A stretch of DNA of 44,815 nt from a virus (Duplodnaviria > Caudoviricetes). Under the pieces are notes generated by a model that did no database searches, was not told where the DNA came from, and was given only the letters and a program-made list of their open reading frames with translations. Position numbers and translations under genes: made by a program. Where the stretch lies: positions 1-44,815 of the IMG/VR virus record IMGVR_UViG_3300037722_000268. One strand, given 5' to 3'. Below, one piece after another: positions 8,690 to 17,905 of the stretch. The stretch's first letter is position 1. Each line of letters begins with the position of its first letter.

Positions 8690-10119
8690 CAGGCTCCCCC
8701 CTTCGAGACGCGCAGATTCGCGCCGACGATGACTCTCTTTACCGGGTCAGAGATGGTCGCTTCATAGATACGGTCCCGTGACTTCCCGAGGCGGTTCCAC
8801 AGCGCGCGGCGGCTGTACTCACCGATTTTCCCCATGCCCCGATAGTGGTAGTTGCTCCACGTATGCCCACCGTCGTCCGACCAGCGCAGCATGATCTGCG
8901 GGTCCGAGCCCTGGCCAGTAATCAGCCCGACGCCAGCCTCGATGTCGATTTGCAGGCGGTGGTGAAACAAGTTCGCGAGGTCGTCTTTATCCGAGGCGTG
9001 CCTGCACGCCCTCAGAGCGAGCAGCGGATCTCCGTTATCGCTGTAGGTATCAAGGTCCAGCTCGTACAGCATGCCGTTGTCGTAATCCCCGACGATGTGC
9101 TGGCGGTCGAAGTAGACATGGCAGTTGGAGCGATGACGGCCGAGATCGCCGCTACCAGTGTTCCGGTAGGCCCTCTCGTGCCAGAGATTCGTCGCAGCAT
9201 CGAAGACCCACGTTGCATTCGCGGTAGGAAAGATGAGCACGTAGAAGCTGTGCCCCTCGTCCTGGTAGGTGTAGGCGATAGCGTCGCTGATCGTGGCGTA
9301 GCCGCGAATAGCGAATTCCACCGCATGCGTGGACACTCGCTGTGGGGTGTATCCGTTCGCGCGCCATACAACGCCCGCGCCCTTGTCGTCGGCCCCGAGC
9401 CAGAAGATAGAGTTGTCCATCTTCGCTACGGCATGAGCCGCAGCACAACCATGCTCGATAAATGCGCCCTGCAGACGCTCCATCGGGAAATCGCTCGCGC
9501 CGGAGTTAAACCAGACCTCCGCGGTCCTAGAACCAAAAAGCCAAAGCTCGCGATGATCTACGATCAGGGACACTATGTTGTCCGGATCGCCCTCCGCAGA
9601 AGCGAAATCGAGCGCATCCCACGACGAGCCTTCGTTCAGGTCGGAGATATAGAATTTCTGGGTATCGAGGTCATTGACGATGAAATAGCCGTCAAGGAAT
9701 CCAACGCGCGTAGGGGCCGCAGGGAAGTCCGTATCGGTGATCATAGTGAACACATCCGTCGAGACCGTCAGGATGTAGCCGCTCACCCCGTCCACTATCA
9801 TCAACTGCGTGGTGTTCGCGGCGAGCGACACCTGGCCTGTGTACGTAGCTAGCGTTCCAAGCGTCGTCTCGGTGAAAGCCGTGTCGAACTTCGATAGCTT
9901 GTTCCCGCTCACCACGTACAGGAATGATCCAATGACGTACAGACCGCGCACTTCGGCTGCTGCCGTTGCCGTCGCCACCAACCGAAGCCCCGGCGTGCCG
10001 TATAGCGCCATGACTTGCTTACCGCTCTGGTCGATCTCCGGGTACAGGTTCACTAGCCGCTGTGCGTCGAAATTCACGCTGCGGACGGTATAGGCTGGAC
10101 CGACGAATGGGAAGTTCAT
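8689..10119 (-). CDS. packaged-DNA stabilization / tail hub protein, P22 gp10-like
   Basis: LDGYF, AEGDPDNIV, YQDEGHSFYVL, LRWSDDGGHTWS motifs; ATG 10119 overlaps the HNH stop. Confidence 0.9.
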   Translation of the reverse strand: MNFPFVGPAYTVRSVNFDAQRLVNLYPEIDQSGKQVMALYGTPGLRLVATATAAAEVRGLYVIGSFLYVVSGNKLSKFDTAFTETTLGTLATYTGQVSLAANTTQLMIVDGVSGYILTVSTDVFTMITDTDFPAAPTRVGFLDGYFIVNDLDTQKFYISDLNEGSSWDALDFASAEGDPDNIVSLIVDHRELWLFGSRTAEVWFNSGASDFPMERLQGAFIEHGCAAAHAVAKMDNSIFWLGADDKGAGVVWRANGYTPQRVSTHAVEFAIRGYATISDAIAYTYQDEGHSFYVLIFPTANATWVFDAATNLWHERAYRNTGSGDLGRHRSNCHVYFDRQHIVGDYDNGMLYELDLDTYSDNGDPLLALRACRHASDKDDLANLFHHRLQIDIEAGVGLITGQGSDPQIMLRWSDDGGHTWSNYHYRGMGKIGEYSRRALWNRLGKSRDRIYEATISDPVKRVIVGANLRVSKGGA

Positions 10120-10619
10120 GGCATATCCGGCCAATGGCGATTGCCCTTGCTTGAATTGGCGAACGCCGGGATTACTTGCAGATTGGTTTCAATGTGCAAC
10201 CCGCAGACCAACTGGTGACGCAACGGGACAATATGATCTACTTCCCACCCGTAACCCATTAGACGAGAACGCAAACGTGCGAGGCGATACGCCTCTGAGA
10301 TAAAGAACGAGTTTGCCCACGTAGGCGTCGCACCACGCTTTGCCGCTCTGCGCTTGGCGCTACTTTGCGCGACGATGGCGGAGAACCTATCTGGATGTTT
10401 GGTCCTGTACTTAAGCAGGGATGCGCGTCTTCTCTTCATATTTGCTCTTTGCCACTCTCGCTTCCGCGCAGCGACAAGCTCTGGATTCTCGGCCGCGAAA
10501 CGCTGCCCCCACTCCTTCGTGCATTGTTTGCATTGAGAGGCGCGGCGGTCCTTGGCTTTGTGGTTGCTGAAGAACTCACTAAGGCTTTTCCGCACTTTGC
10601 ACTTGGAGCAGTTCTTCAT
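10116..10619 (-). CDS. HNH endonuclease, free-standing homing-like
   Basis: CxxC pairs; EVDHIVPL...VCGLHIETNLQVIPAFANSSKGN. Confidence 0.9.
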   Translation of the reverse strand: MKNCSKCKVRKSLSEFFSNHKAKDRRASQCKQCTKEWGQRFAAENPELVAARKREWQRANMKRRRASLLKYRTKHPDRFSAIVAQSSAKRRAAKRGATPTWANSFFISEAYRLARLRSRLMGYGWEVDHIVPLRHQLVCGLHIETNLQVIPAFANSSKGNRHWPDMP

Positions 10620-11305
10620 CAGTAGTCCGTTTCTTCACGATCCGAGCGGTAGTAGTCCTCGACCGCTACAGGCTCGTAGTCCTTGCGCTCCGCAGATAGC
10701 TTGCGGATGTTCCGCTCGGCTACGACGGATTCGACGGCGAATCGCTTGATCTTGTCCTCCGGTAGCCCGAAGTGATCCGCTAGGTCGTAGGCGACGAGAT
10801 CCCGCATCCAGCGCATCATTGATACTTCGATGTCTGGTGCCGTGCTCGCTGCGGTGTCGTCTGCGAATTTCTGGTACGTGAGGTGCGCGGTCGTGCCCGT
10901 AATAGGGATGGGGTGGAACCAGAACTCGGCGCTTCCCTTCCACAGCGCCCTCGTCGGGAGGCCGGTGTCCTCCTTGTCCGAGATCTTTGCGTACTCGAGC
11001 GCGCCGACGATGTCCACCTTCTTGTCGTGATCGCCGTCGCGGATCGTCAGCGCGATAGGGAACAGGATGTCTACAGAAGCGCTCGCCGAATTCACGTTCG
11101 CCGTAACCGTGAACTCAAGTGGCACCTCATCCACCTTGAGCCAGAAGATCCCGAGGCGGTGAATCTCCTTCAGGCGCAGGTCTAGGGCCTCGTAGACGAG
11201 CACGGCGTCCTCAGCCGATGCCGTCTCGCCAGCCTCTAGCACGCCGAGCTTCCCGAGGATCATGTCCCTCATCTGCTCGCGCGTACGGGTGAACGAGATG
11301 CTCAA
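10619..11305 (-). CDS. head-tail adaptor, P22 gp4-like
   Basis: ILGKLGVLEAGETASAED N-terminal motif; position before the gp10-like gene. Confidence 0.75.
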   Translation of the reverse strand: MSISFTRTREQMRDMILGKLGVLEAGETASAEDAVLVYEALDLRLKEIHRLGIFWLKVDEVPLEFTVTANVNSASASVDILFPIALTIRDGDHDKKVDIVGALEYAKISDKEDTGLPTRALWKGSAEFWFHPIPITGTTAHLTYQKFADDTAASTAPDIEVSMMRWMRDLVAYDLADHFGLPEDKIKRFAVESVVAERNIRKLSAERKDYEPVAVEDYYRSDREETDY

Positions 11306-11493
11306 TTCGGCACCTTGCGCGGCAGCCTGAGCGTCTTACCCTTGTGGGCTACAGGCTCCACGTACTCCTTGAAATCCGGACGCCTTGCGATGGCGAGCAG
11401 CGTCCCTTTATCGAGGATCGTGGTCGGCTGGCCCCACTTGAACACGTAGCCGCGAAACTCGGTGTATTGCCCTCCTACGTAGACATATTTCAT
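11302..11493 (-). CDS. 63-aa hypothetical protein (MKYVYVGG...)
   Basis: ATGA overlap with the upstream gene; C-terminal part of the 146-aa track ORF. Confidence 0.6.
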   Translation of the reverse strand: MKYVYVGGQYTEFRGYVFKWGQPTTILDKGTLLAIARRPDFKEYVEPVAHKGKTLRLPRKVPN

Positions 11494-12845
11494 GCCGCTT
11501 CCCTCTGCTTTTCGCTGTCTAGAAGATCGTTGAGATCCAGCCCGACGCGCTCTACAACCGGCCTCCAGGCGTCGCCGTCTCCGGCCGGCTGGCGATACAA
11601 GCGCACGGACCTGTACCAGCGCATCGGACCCTCTACACCGTAGCGCCACGCGGGCTTGTTCGGCACCATCACCCAGCACGGCACGCCAAGCGCCCCGGCG
11701 AGGTGAATCACCGATGTGCAGACCGAGATCACGAGATCGCACGACTTCACGAGCTGCGCCGTCTCGTAGTAGTCCTGCGCCTTCGCCGCCGGATGCGACC
11801 GGATCGAATACCCGCCAAGTCGGTTCGTCGTTTCGATGTCCGTCTCAGCGTCTTCGGTGTACTGCAGCGACACGAACTCGCAATCGTTGTTAAGGATCGA
11901 CCCCCACCACGCGAGCGGCACGGAGCGCACGACTACCCGGCCGTGCTTCTGCCCACCGGTCCATGAAATGCCTACGCGAAACTTCTCTCCACGCGGCGCG
12001 CTGTCGGACTTCAGGTAAGGCGTTCCTGGAAACAATTCCTTCGACCTGCGGTAGAAACGCCCGAGAGACCCGATAGAAATCCGCGCATCCGGCTTCTCGG
12101 CGTCCAGCCAGTCGATAGCATTCGACTCGCGCGACCCGTAGCACTTCAGGCCGGGGAACGAGTACTCGAACAGAGACTTCAGCCGCGTGTGGCACTCGAG
12201 CACCACATCGTTCGTCTTCATCAGATCCGGCAGCATCGAGGCGAACATGATTTCGTCGCCCAAGCCCTGCTCGCCGAATACCCATACCTTCTTGCCTGGC
12301 GTGCCATCCCAGGCCGGCACCAGTGACGCCCCACGGTCGATACGCATGGGCGGGACGGACTTGAATCCCCAGTCGTGCTCCTCCCAAGCGCTCTCCCACT
12401 CGCCCTTCTCAAGCAGCCCGATGGCCTTGTTCCAGTGCGCCATGCCGTTCTGCGGGTCCAGCTTCAGGGCGCGATTGGAGTGCTTGATCGCCTCGTCCGG
12501 CATGCCGATGTTGACAAACAGAGCGGCATAGTTCGTCAGCGTGTCGGCGGACGGGTCGTGCTTGATCGCCTCGGCGAACACTTCGCGGCACTTCTTGTAC
12601 TGCCCGGAATGCTTATAGGCGATGCCGAGATTGCACAGCACGTCGCCCTTCGGCTGCAGCTTGGCGGCGCGCTCGAGGAGAGAGATCGCAAGACCGAGTC
12701 TTTCGGTCTGCAGGTACAGCGTGCCCATCGTCGCGAGCAGGCCTGGGTTGTCGTGGTTCTGCGTGAGGAGCTGGTCGTAAAGCCGCTCCGCTTCGTCGTA
12801 TCTTTTCTCGAGATGAAGCTGGCTCGCTTGCTCGAATAGTTCCAT
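11490..12845 (-). CDS. TPR-repeat plus GT-B (GT9-like) glycosyltransferase, FlmG/FlbA-like architecture
   Basis: About five TPR repeats, then GEQGLGDEIMFA, VGISW, DLVISVCTSVIHLAGALG, WRY, WYRSVRLYRQ. Confidence 0.85.
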   Translation of the reverse strand: MELFEQASQLHLEKRYDEAERLYDQLLTQNHDNPGLLATMGTLYLQTERLGLAISLLERAAKLQPKGDVLCNLGIAYKHSGQYKKCREVFAEAIKHDPSADTLTNYAALFVNIGMPDEAIKHSNRALKLDPQNGMAHWNKAIGLLEKGEWESAWEEHDWGFKSVPPMRIDRGASLVPAWDGTPGKKVWVFGEQGLGDEIMFASMLPDLMKTNDVVLECHTRLKSLFEYSFPGLKCYGSRESNAIDWLDAEKPDARISIGSLGRFYRRSKELFPGTPYLKSDSAPRGEKFRVGISWTGGQKHGRVVVRSVPLAWWGSILNNDCEFVSLQYTEDAETDIETTNRLGGYSIRSHPAAKAQDYYETAQLVKSCDLVISVCTSVIHLAGALGVPCWVMVPNKPAWRYGVEGPMRWYRSVRLYRQPAGDGDAWRPVVERVGLDLNDLLDSEKQREAA

Positions 12846-12851
12846 CAGATC

Positions 12852-12875
12852 GGGGCCGAGCCGAAGCCCGGCCCC
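12852..12875 (-). promoter_or_regulatory. 10-bp C(UUCG)G hairpin between the SD and the ATG of the TPR-GT gene
   Basis: Minus strand AAAGGAAA-GGGGCCGGGC-TTCG-GCTCGGCCCC-GATCTG-ATG; the G-U pair works only on the minus strand. Confidence 0.7.
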
Positions 12876-12886
12876 TTTCCTTTCGG

Positions 12887-13309
12887 TTACACGATGTCCA
12901 TCGAGAAGATCGCCGTGAGATGGAATCCCCCGGTGATGGTCCCGACCGACACGGTGGACACTGCGATGTCGATCGTGTCATCGGTCGAATACACGTACGG
13001 CACGTTGCTCGCGTGCAGCGTGATCGTGCGGACCACCGTAGACGCGCTCGCCATGGTGCCGTGCGCGATGTAGCGGTCCTCGTCCACGCCGTCGCCGACA
13101 GCGCAAAGCGCGTCGCCCGAGCCACCGGACACCGCGAGGTAAACGACCGAGGCGCCTTTCGGAACCTTGATCATCTGGATAACGTCTCCTGCCGAGAGCG
13201 AAAGTCCCGCCCCCACCGAGTACGTCGCCGATACCGCCACCAGACCGACGCTCAGACCCTTCGGCGTAACTCCTTCGTCCGAGGTTTTGGTTGATTGACG
13301 AGTAGCCAT
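12887..13309 (-). CDS. capsid decoration/cement protein
   Basis: 140-aa beta-rich protein right after the capsid gene; LSAGDVIQMIKVPKGA motif; ATG at 13309. Confidence 0.65.
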   Translation of the reverse strand: MATRQSTKTSDEGVTPKGLSVGLVAVSATYSVGAGLSLSAGDVIQMIKVPKGASVVYLAVSGGSGDALCAVGDGVDEDRYIAHGTMASASTVVRTITLHASNVPYVYSTDDTIDIAVSTVSVGTITGGFHLTAIFSMDIV

Positions 13310-13320
13310 GTCATCCCCCT

Positions 13321-14415
13321 TTAGTCGGACGGCGCGGAAACGAACGCAGTCACGATCCCGTGATCCTTGGGAGTCGTGGTATCTGCGCCTGCGGCCGTGC
13401 CAAACCGAAGCTTTTCGATTCCGCGGATTTCCTGGACCCCGACCCCGTGAAGAAAGCCGTAGTCGTCGGTATCCGTGGTGCTCTTGGAACGCTGCGCCCA
13501 TGGAATGCCAACCGCTTGCGCACCGCACAGGTAGACCGGCTCGATGCGAACGCCAGTGGAGCTAAGCGAGGCTTCGAGTTGGGCGATCTCAGGGATTTCC
13601 CGCAGGATCATCCCGTCCCACACCAGCGAGTCGCCGGTAAAGAGCGGGTTATCCACGCCTCTGATGCGCGCGTCGCGGTTAGCGAGCGTGAGCACGTTGG
13701 TCGTCGGGTTGTCCTCGGTAAGGTCGCGCCAGCCGTTCGGTCCGATAAAGACGACGTACCATTCCTGGTCCATGGTCTTCACCATCACCGGCTTAACCTT
13801 CGGGCTCGCCTTCTGCGCCATCCGCTTCATCAGCGAAAGGATGTTCGGCGTGAGGGTCTCGCCCGCGCTTACGGCAAAGGTGCCCGTAGCGAACGTTGCG
13901 TTGAAGTTGCCGGTGTTATCGCCAAACAGCACCCGATCCTCGTTGTTCGCGGTCCAGGTGTTGCGCTGGGCAACGGTCGAGGATGTAAACGCCACGCCGT
14001 CGATCTGACCGAGCGCGGTGAGGATGCCGTCGCGAAGCTTCTTCTGCGCCCACTCTCGAAGCTGCACGCGACCAGCGTTGCGAAGGTCAATCGCGGACTT
14101 CTGCTCGTCCCAGTCGTCCACCGCAACCGCGTGACGCAGAACGTCAACGGATACGGCGTGCGAGCGGGAGTTCAGCCGCTCCTCGTTGCCCTTCAGGGTT
14201 GAATTGCCGGTGACGCCGTTGCCGACTAGCTCGTTGACGAGCGCGAAGGTGACGGTATCGCCTTTTTTCTTGGTAAGGTCTTCCTTGAGCTGGATGATTG
14301 CTGCTTCATCCGTGCCCATGTACCTCCGAAAACGGGACGCGCGAACGTAATCGCGAAAGAACTTGTCGTCCCAAATCTGAGGAGTTAGACCTTCTACTGC
14401 AAAGGTCTGAGCCAT
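13321..14415 (-). CDS. major capsid protein (DUF4043 / N4-gp56-like)
   Basis: YMGTDEAAIIQLKEDLTKKKGDTVTFAL, LKGNEERL, NPLFTG, LCGAQA; follows the scaffold gene. Confidence 0.9.
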   Translation of the reverse strand: MAQTFAVEGLTPQIWDDKFFRDYVRASRFRRYMGTDEAAIIQLKEDLTKKKGDTVTFALVNELVGNGVTGNSTLKGNEERLNSRSHAVSVDVLRHAVAVDDWDEQKSAIDLRNAGRVQLREWAQKKLRDGILTALGQIDGVAFTSSTVAQRNTWTANNEDRVLFGDNTGNFNATFATGTFAVSAGETLTPNILSLMKRMAQKASPKVKPVMVKTMDQEWYVVFIGPNGWRDLTEDNPTTNVLTLANRDARIRGVDNPLFTGDSLVWDGMILREIPEIAQLEASLSSTGVRIEPVYLCGAQAVGIPWAQRSKSTTDTDDYGFLHGVGVQEIRGIEKLRFGTAAGADTTTPKDHGIVTAFVSAPSD

Positions 14416-14454
14416 TCTGGCCTCCGAAATGGTTACGGGACTGCGCGCTTCGTT

Positions 14455-14554
14455 CGCCCGATAAACCCGGCGGCGGAACTACGCGCCCGTACCTCGGCGG
14501 CAGGACTGCTAGACCTCTACTGCGGATGCTTGACGCCCGAAAACCCGGCGGCGG
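14455..14554 (-). repeat. three copies of a GC-rich bulged-hairpin motif in the capsid-gene leader (fourth copy at 15540-15559)
   Basis: Plus-strand CGCCCG-N5-7-CGGCGGC at 14455, 14484, 14534 and 15540. Confidence 0.85.
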
Positions 14555-14601
14555 CTACTCCATAGTGTGCGGTTAATAGCACGAACGCACACCAATATCA
14601 A

Positions 14602-15519
14602 TCATGGCTCCAGGATGTTCTCCAGCGGCGTCGGCCCGTTCCACTGCGCGCGCTGCTGCGTCGATGTGCCGCGCGATTCCGTCAGGCTCGGAGGCAGTGC
14701 CGCGCGCTCACGCTCGAGCGCCTCCTGCTTCGCCTTGAACTCGGCCTCCACCTTTGCGCGCACGGCAACCTCGGTCTCCTTGCGCACCTTCTCTGTTATG
14801 GCGTCGATGCTCCCGGCCTGCTCGAGCAGCACATGGTTCTTGCCGATCTTGTAAGCGAACTCGGCCGGGTCAGGCGACGCAAGCCACTGCGCGTGCAGCC
14901 CAGGGGTCTGGTCCAGGATCTTCGCGAAGATCTCGATGTTCTGGTCGAAGTCCTGATACTTGCTTCTAGCAAGTTGCTCTGCAGTGGAAAGGCGCACGTT
15001 CAGGAGTTCGCCGCGGATGTCTTCCCTGGCCTTGGCGATATGCCCTTCGGGATCGTCCCAGAATCCCTTTGGCTGCTCTCCAGGCTGCTGCTGTGGCTGG
15101 CGTAGCTTCGACAGCTCGGCCTCAAGCTCCTGGCGCTTATGGCGCTCATCTTGTGCGGCGCGCAAATATGCCCGCTCCTTCTCGGTCATCTCCGGCTGTG
15201 CCGGGGCGGTGGCGGGCGCTGCCTGGGGCGGTGGCGCAGCAGCCTCCTCCTTAGGAGGCGGCGGCGGTGCGGCCTGTTCCTCTTTCTTGACGAACTGACC
15301 GGTTTCAGGGTCGCGCGCGAGGCCCTTGCCCTCGGCCTGCGCCTCCGCCTCCTTCTGGCGCCACTGCTCCTTGCGTGTCGGCTCGCGCTGCGGCGGCGCC
15401 TGCTCTTTCGGCGCCTCTGCCTTCGGTGCCTCGGCCGGGGGCGGTGCCTCGGCAGCGGGCACTTCAGGCGAAGATGTTTCGTCATCAAGAATGCTATTCA
15501 GGCTGCTTGGCTCTGCCAT
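14602..15519 (-). CDS. capsid scaffolding protein
   Basis: Pro/Ala/Glu-rich N-terminus, RDPETGQF motif, coiled coil, directly upstream of the capsid gene. Confidence 0.8.
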   Translation of the reverse strand: MAEPSSLNSILDDETSSPEVPAAEAPPPAEAPKAEAPKEQAPPQREPTRKEQWRQKEAEAQAEGKGLARDPETGQFVKKEEQAAPPPPPKEEAAAPPPQAAPATAPAQPEMTEKERAYLRAAQDERHKRQELEAELSKLRQPQQQPGEQPKGFWDDPEGHIAKAREDIRGELLNVRLSTAEQLARSKYQDFDQNIEIFAKILDQTPGLHAQWLASPDPAEFAYKIGKNHVLLEQAGSIDAITEKVRKETEVAVRAKVEAEFKAKQEALERERAALPPSLTESRGTSTQQRAQWNGPTPLENILEP

Positions 15520-16256
15520 GGCTGCTCTCCTTTACTGCTCGCCCGGTCCCCGGCGGCGGGAATCATTTTCTTGTACTTCCCCTGTACTGGATAAACGACC
15601 GGGCGAAGATCAGTACGCTCGGCAATTGCGACCATGTTCGCTTCCGTGCTCATATACCGAAACCTTCTGCAACTCGGCACGTCATCGATCTCTTTCCCGT
15701 CCCTGTCGCAGTTGCGCGCGATCATCTTGAGATCGAGCAATTTGAATCCTGGCTGCCCATAGAAGTCCACGTACCACGTCGGATTCATGTTGTAGAAGCC
15801 GTGATTGCCCCAGTTGAACGGGTTCTCGTGCAGGATCACGCCGCCCTTTGCAAGTAGGGATGCCATGTTTAGGGCTGCCTGCCCGATGTTGAAGCAGTGC
15901 TCGAGCGTGCCGATGTCGAGCACGAAATCGTAAGGCTGTCGGCCGAACGCCTCTACCGGGTAGTTGAGATCCACCACGATCTCGCCGCCGCGGTGCGCTA
16001 CTACGTCGTAGACATCCAGGCTCGCCCCTTGCAGCTCGAAGAAGGAATGCGCGTCCGGTATGGCGTGCGTGACGCCGTGCCACTTCCCGATGGCCTCGGA
16101 ATCCTCGCGATTCTTTATATTATAAATTTTCGCTCCAAGGATCGCCTCAAGTTCCTTGCGCGGGGCGATGATATCTGGGTATCCCATTGAAGCCACGCGC
16201 ACTCCGTGGCGCATCCGCGTGCACAGTTCCTGCATAAGGATCGTGCTAAGCCCCAT
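15498..16256 (-). CDS. class I SAM-dependent methyltransferase-like protein
   Basis: VDLNYP...YDFVLDIGTLEHCFN...LLAKGGVILH...HGFY pattern. Confidence 0.7.
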   Translation of the reverse strand: MGLSTILMQELCTRMRHGVRVASMGYPDIIAPRKELEAILGAKIYNIKNREDSEAIGKWHGVTHAIPDAHSFFELQGASLDVYDVVAHRGGEIVVDLNYPVEAFGRQPYDFVLDIGTLEHCFNIGQAALNMASLLAKGGVILHENPFNWGNHGFYNMNPTWYVDFYGQPGFKLLDLKMIARNCDRDGKEIDDVPSCRRFRYMSTEANMVAIAERTDLRPVVYPVQGKYKKMIPAAGDRASSKGEQPWQSQAA

Positions 16257-16410
16257 CTTCCACCTTCGCGCGCTTTATGAATTCGCGGTACAGACCGTGG
16301 TAGTCGTCATTCCTGCACAACTCGAATAACGTTTCGTCGAATTCGTATCCATGCTTCGACGTGTCTGGAATGGACGATGGCGGCTCAATTGGTACTTTCA
16401 CGTATTTCAT
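16246..16410 (-). CDS. 54-aa hypothetical protein (MKYVKVP...)
   Basis: ATGA overlap with the epimerase stop; GGAGGAG upstream. Confidence 0.55.
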   Translation of the reverse strand: MKYVKVPIEPPSSIPDTSKHGYEFDETLFELCRNDDYHGLYREFIKRAKVEDGA

Positions 16411-17252
16411 GCCGAGGCCCTCTCCTCCAATGAGAGTTTGTGACGATACCACTCCACCGTCTCGGCGAGCTTGTACGGCCACGGAATCGTGCACAGCGGC
16501 TTGGACGCCACAACGGTCGTGCCTTCCGGCTCGCCGATCCGCATCGGCTTGTAGACGATCCTGGACGTGGAGTGGCACGCCCTCACCACGTCCATCGCGG
16601 CATTCAGCACCGAGGTTGCCTTTCCGGTGCCGGCTTCCTTTACTTCGCCGTACGGCCCATCGATCGCGTCCACCAGCACGCGGGCGGTGTGCTCCAGGTA
16701 CACCAGATCGATCTTCTGCATCCCGTCGCCATTTACCTCGATGTCCATTCCGGTCAGGGCGCGGGAGACGAACGACGGCACGATCTTTCGCACCGTGCTC
16801 CTGCCGTGCGGCGCGCACATTTTCTGCCCTGGGCCATAGACGTGATACGCACGCACGACGGAGATCCGCTGCCCAGTCCACTGCGCTCGTGACAGAGCGA
16901 GATCGGTGATGCACTTCTTCGTGATCGCGTACGGGTTCGGCTGCCCTTCGTGTCCGGTCGCAATCTGCACCATCGGGATGCCGTACTCGGCAGCGGCATT
17001 CATGACGTTGAGCGCGCCCATGATGTTCACTTCTGCAGCGGTACTCTCCGCGCCCACCGTCTCAGCCGTTCCGAGCACGCCCGCTAGGTTGATGATCGCG
17101 TTGTGGCTCTCGTTAATGGCATCGTTCACGTCCCACTTGTTTCGCACGTCTTGGCGCCCGTCGAACGTACATGGGGTCATGCCGCGCGAGCGCAGTTCAG
17201 CGCATACAGCCTGACCTATGAATCCGGCAGAGCCGGTAACGAGAACTTTCAC
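16407..17252 (-). CDS. NAD-dependent NDP-sugar epimerase/dehydratase (extended SDR)
   Basis: VLVTGSAGFIG, INLAG, YxxxK (YAITK), VYGPGQ, DLVY; GTG start overlaps the upstream stop. Confidence 0.92.
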   Translation of the reverse strand: MKVLVTGSAGFIGQAVCAELRSRGMTPCTFDGRQDVRNKWDVNDAINESHNAIINLAGVLGTAETVGAESTAAEVNIMGALNVMNAAAEYGIPMVQIATGHEGQPNPYAITKKCITDLALSRAQWTGQRISVVRAYHVYGPGQKMCAPHGRSTVRKIVPSFVSRALTGMDIEVNGDGMQKIDLVYLEHTARVLVDAIDGPYGEVKEAGTGKATSVLNAAMDVVRACHSTSRIVYKPMRIGEPEGTTVVASKPLCTIPWPYKLAETVEWYRHKLSLEERASA

Positions 17253-17905
17253 GCTGCCTCCTTTTTCTTCGCGAATTTGTGCAGCATCCATTGCTTGCGC
17301 TTTCCTTTCATGTGCACGATGTACTTCTGCGATACGTCCTCGTCAATCCGATTCGGCGAGTAGTTGTACTCGTCGCACGTCAGCTCGAGCACCTTATATT
17401 TACCGGACTCCGCTACGACCTTTATCGCCACCTGATCGCCGAACCAGTGTTTCAACTTCTCGGATAGCGTGTTGCAGTGCGCGTACACGTCTTCCCAGAA
17501 CTCCCTGCTACGCGAGAACATCACTCCGGAGTTGAACGGCATGTCCGGCACGATGTCCTTGCCGTCTACAAGAATCGGCCCGCGCCGTCGCGTAAGCGCC
17601 ACATCGAACGGCTGATCGAAAACGCCGCTCGTATCTCGTTGCACCACGGCGTCTGTATCGATAAACATCGCGTCGCCTTCAGGGAAGTGCCTGAGGTGGT
17701 CCAGCCGGTAGTGCATGATCCACGGTGCCATGATCTCGCGGCGGATTACCGTGTCTACGCCTCGCACCTTCGGCGTACTCGGATCTGCCATGTGCACGAT
17801 TTCAGCGTTAGGCATGGCCGCTTTGACGGAGCGCACCATGATCTCGGCGAGCGCTCGAGCCTCCGGTTGCCCCTGCAAATCCAAGTGCAGGAATCCGACT
17901 CTCAT
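17249..17905 (-). CDS. GT-A fold glycosyltransferase (GT8/GT77-like)
   Basis: FIDTD (DxD), FNSGVMF, GDQ, YN, IVHMKG motifs. Confidence 0.85.
   Translation of the reverse strand: MRVGFLHLDLQGQPEARALAEIMVRSVKAAMPNAEIVHMADPSTPKVRGVDTVIRREIMAPWIMHYRLDHLRHFPEGDAMFIDTDAVVQRDTSGVFDQPFDVALTRRRGPILVDGKDIVPDMPFNSGVMFSRSREFWEDVYAHCNTLSEKLKHWFGDQVAIKVVAESGKYKVLELTCDEYNYSPNRIDEDVSQKYIVHMKGKRKQWMLHKFAKKKEAA

Noticed and set aside
14455-14554. Mini CRISPR array
   Set aside because: Repeats are degenerate in the middle, spacing is irregular and short, and no cas genes are present
11490-17905. C-terminal Ala-Ala ends (QREAA, KKEAA, QSQAA, MAAAAA) as ClpXP degrons on the glycosylation proteins
   Set aside because: Largely explained by overlapping SD and start sequences such as GGAGGCAGCGTGA; cannot be supported from sequence alone
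15498-17905. O-antigen seroconversion or DNA hypermodification cassette
   Set aside because: No membrane flippase or bactoprenol-linked components, no base-hydroxymethylase, and the genes are coupled to head genes on the late strand; disfavoured but not excluded
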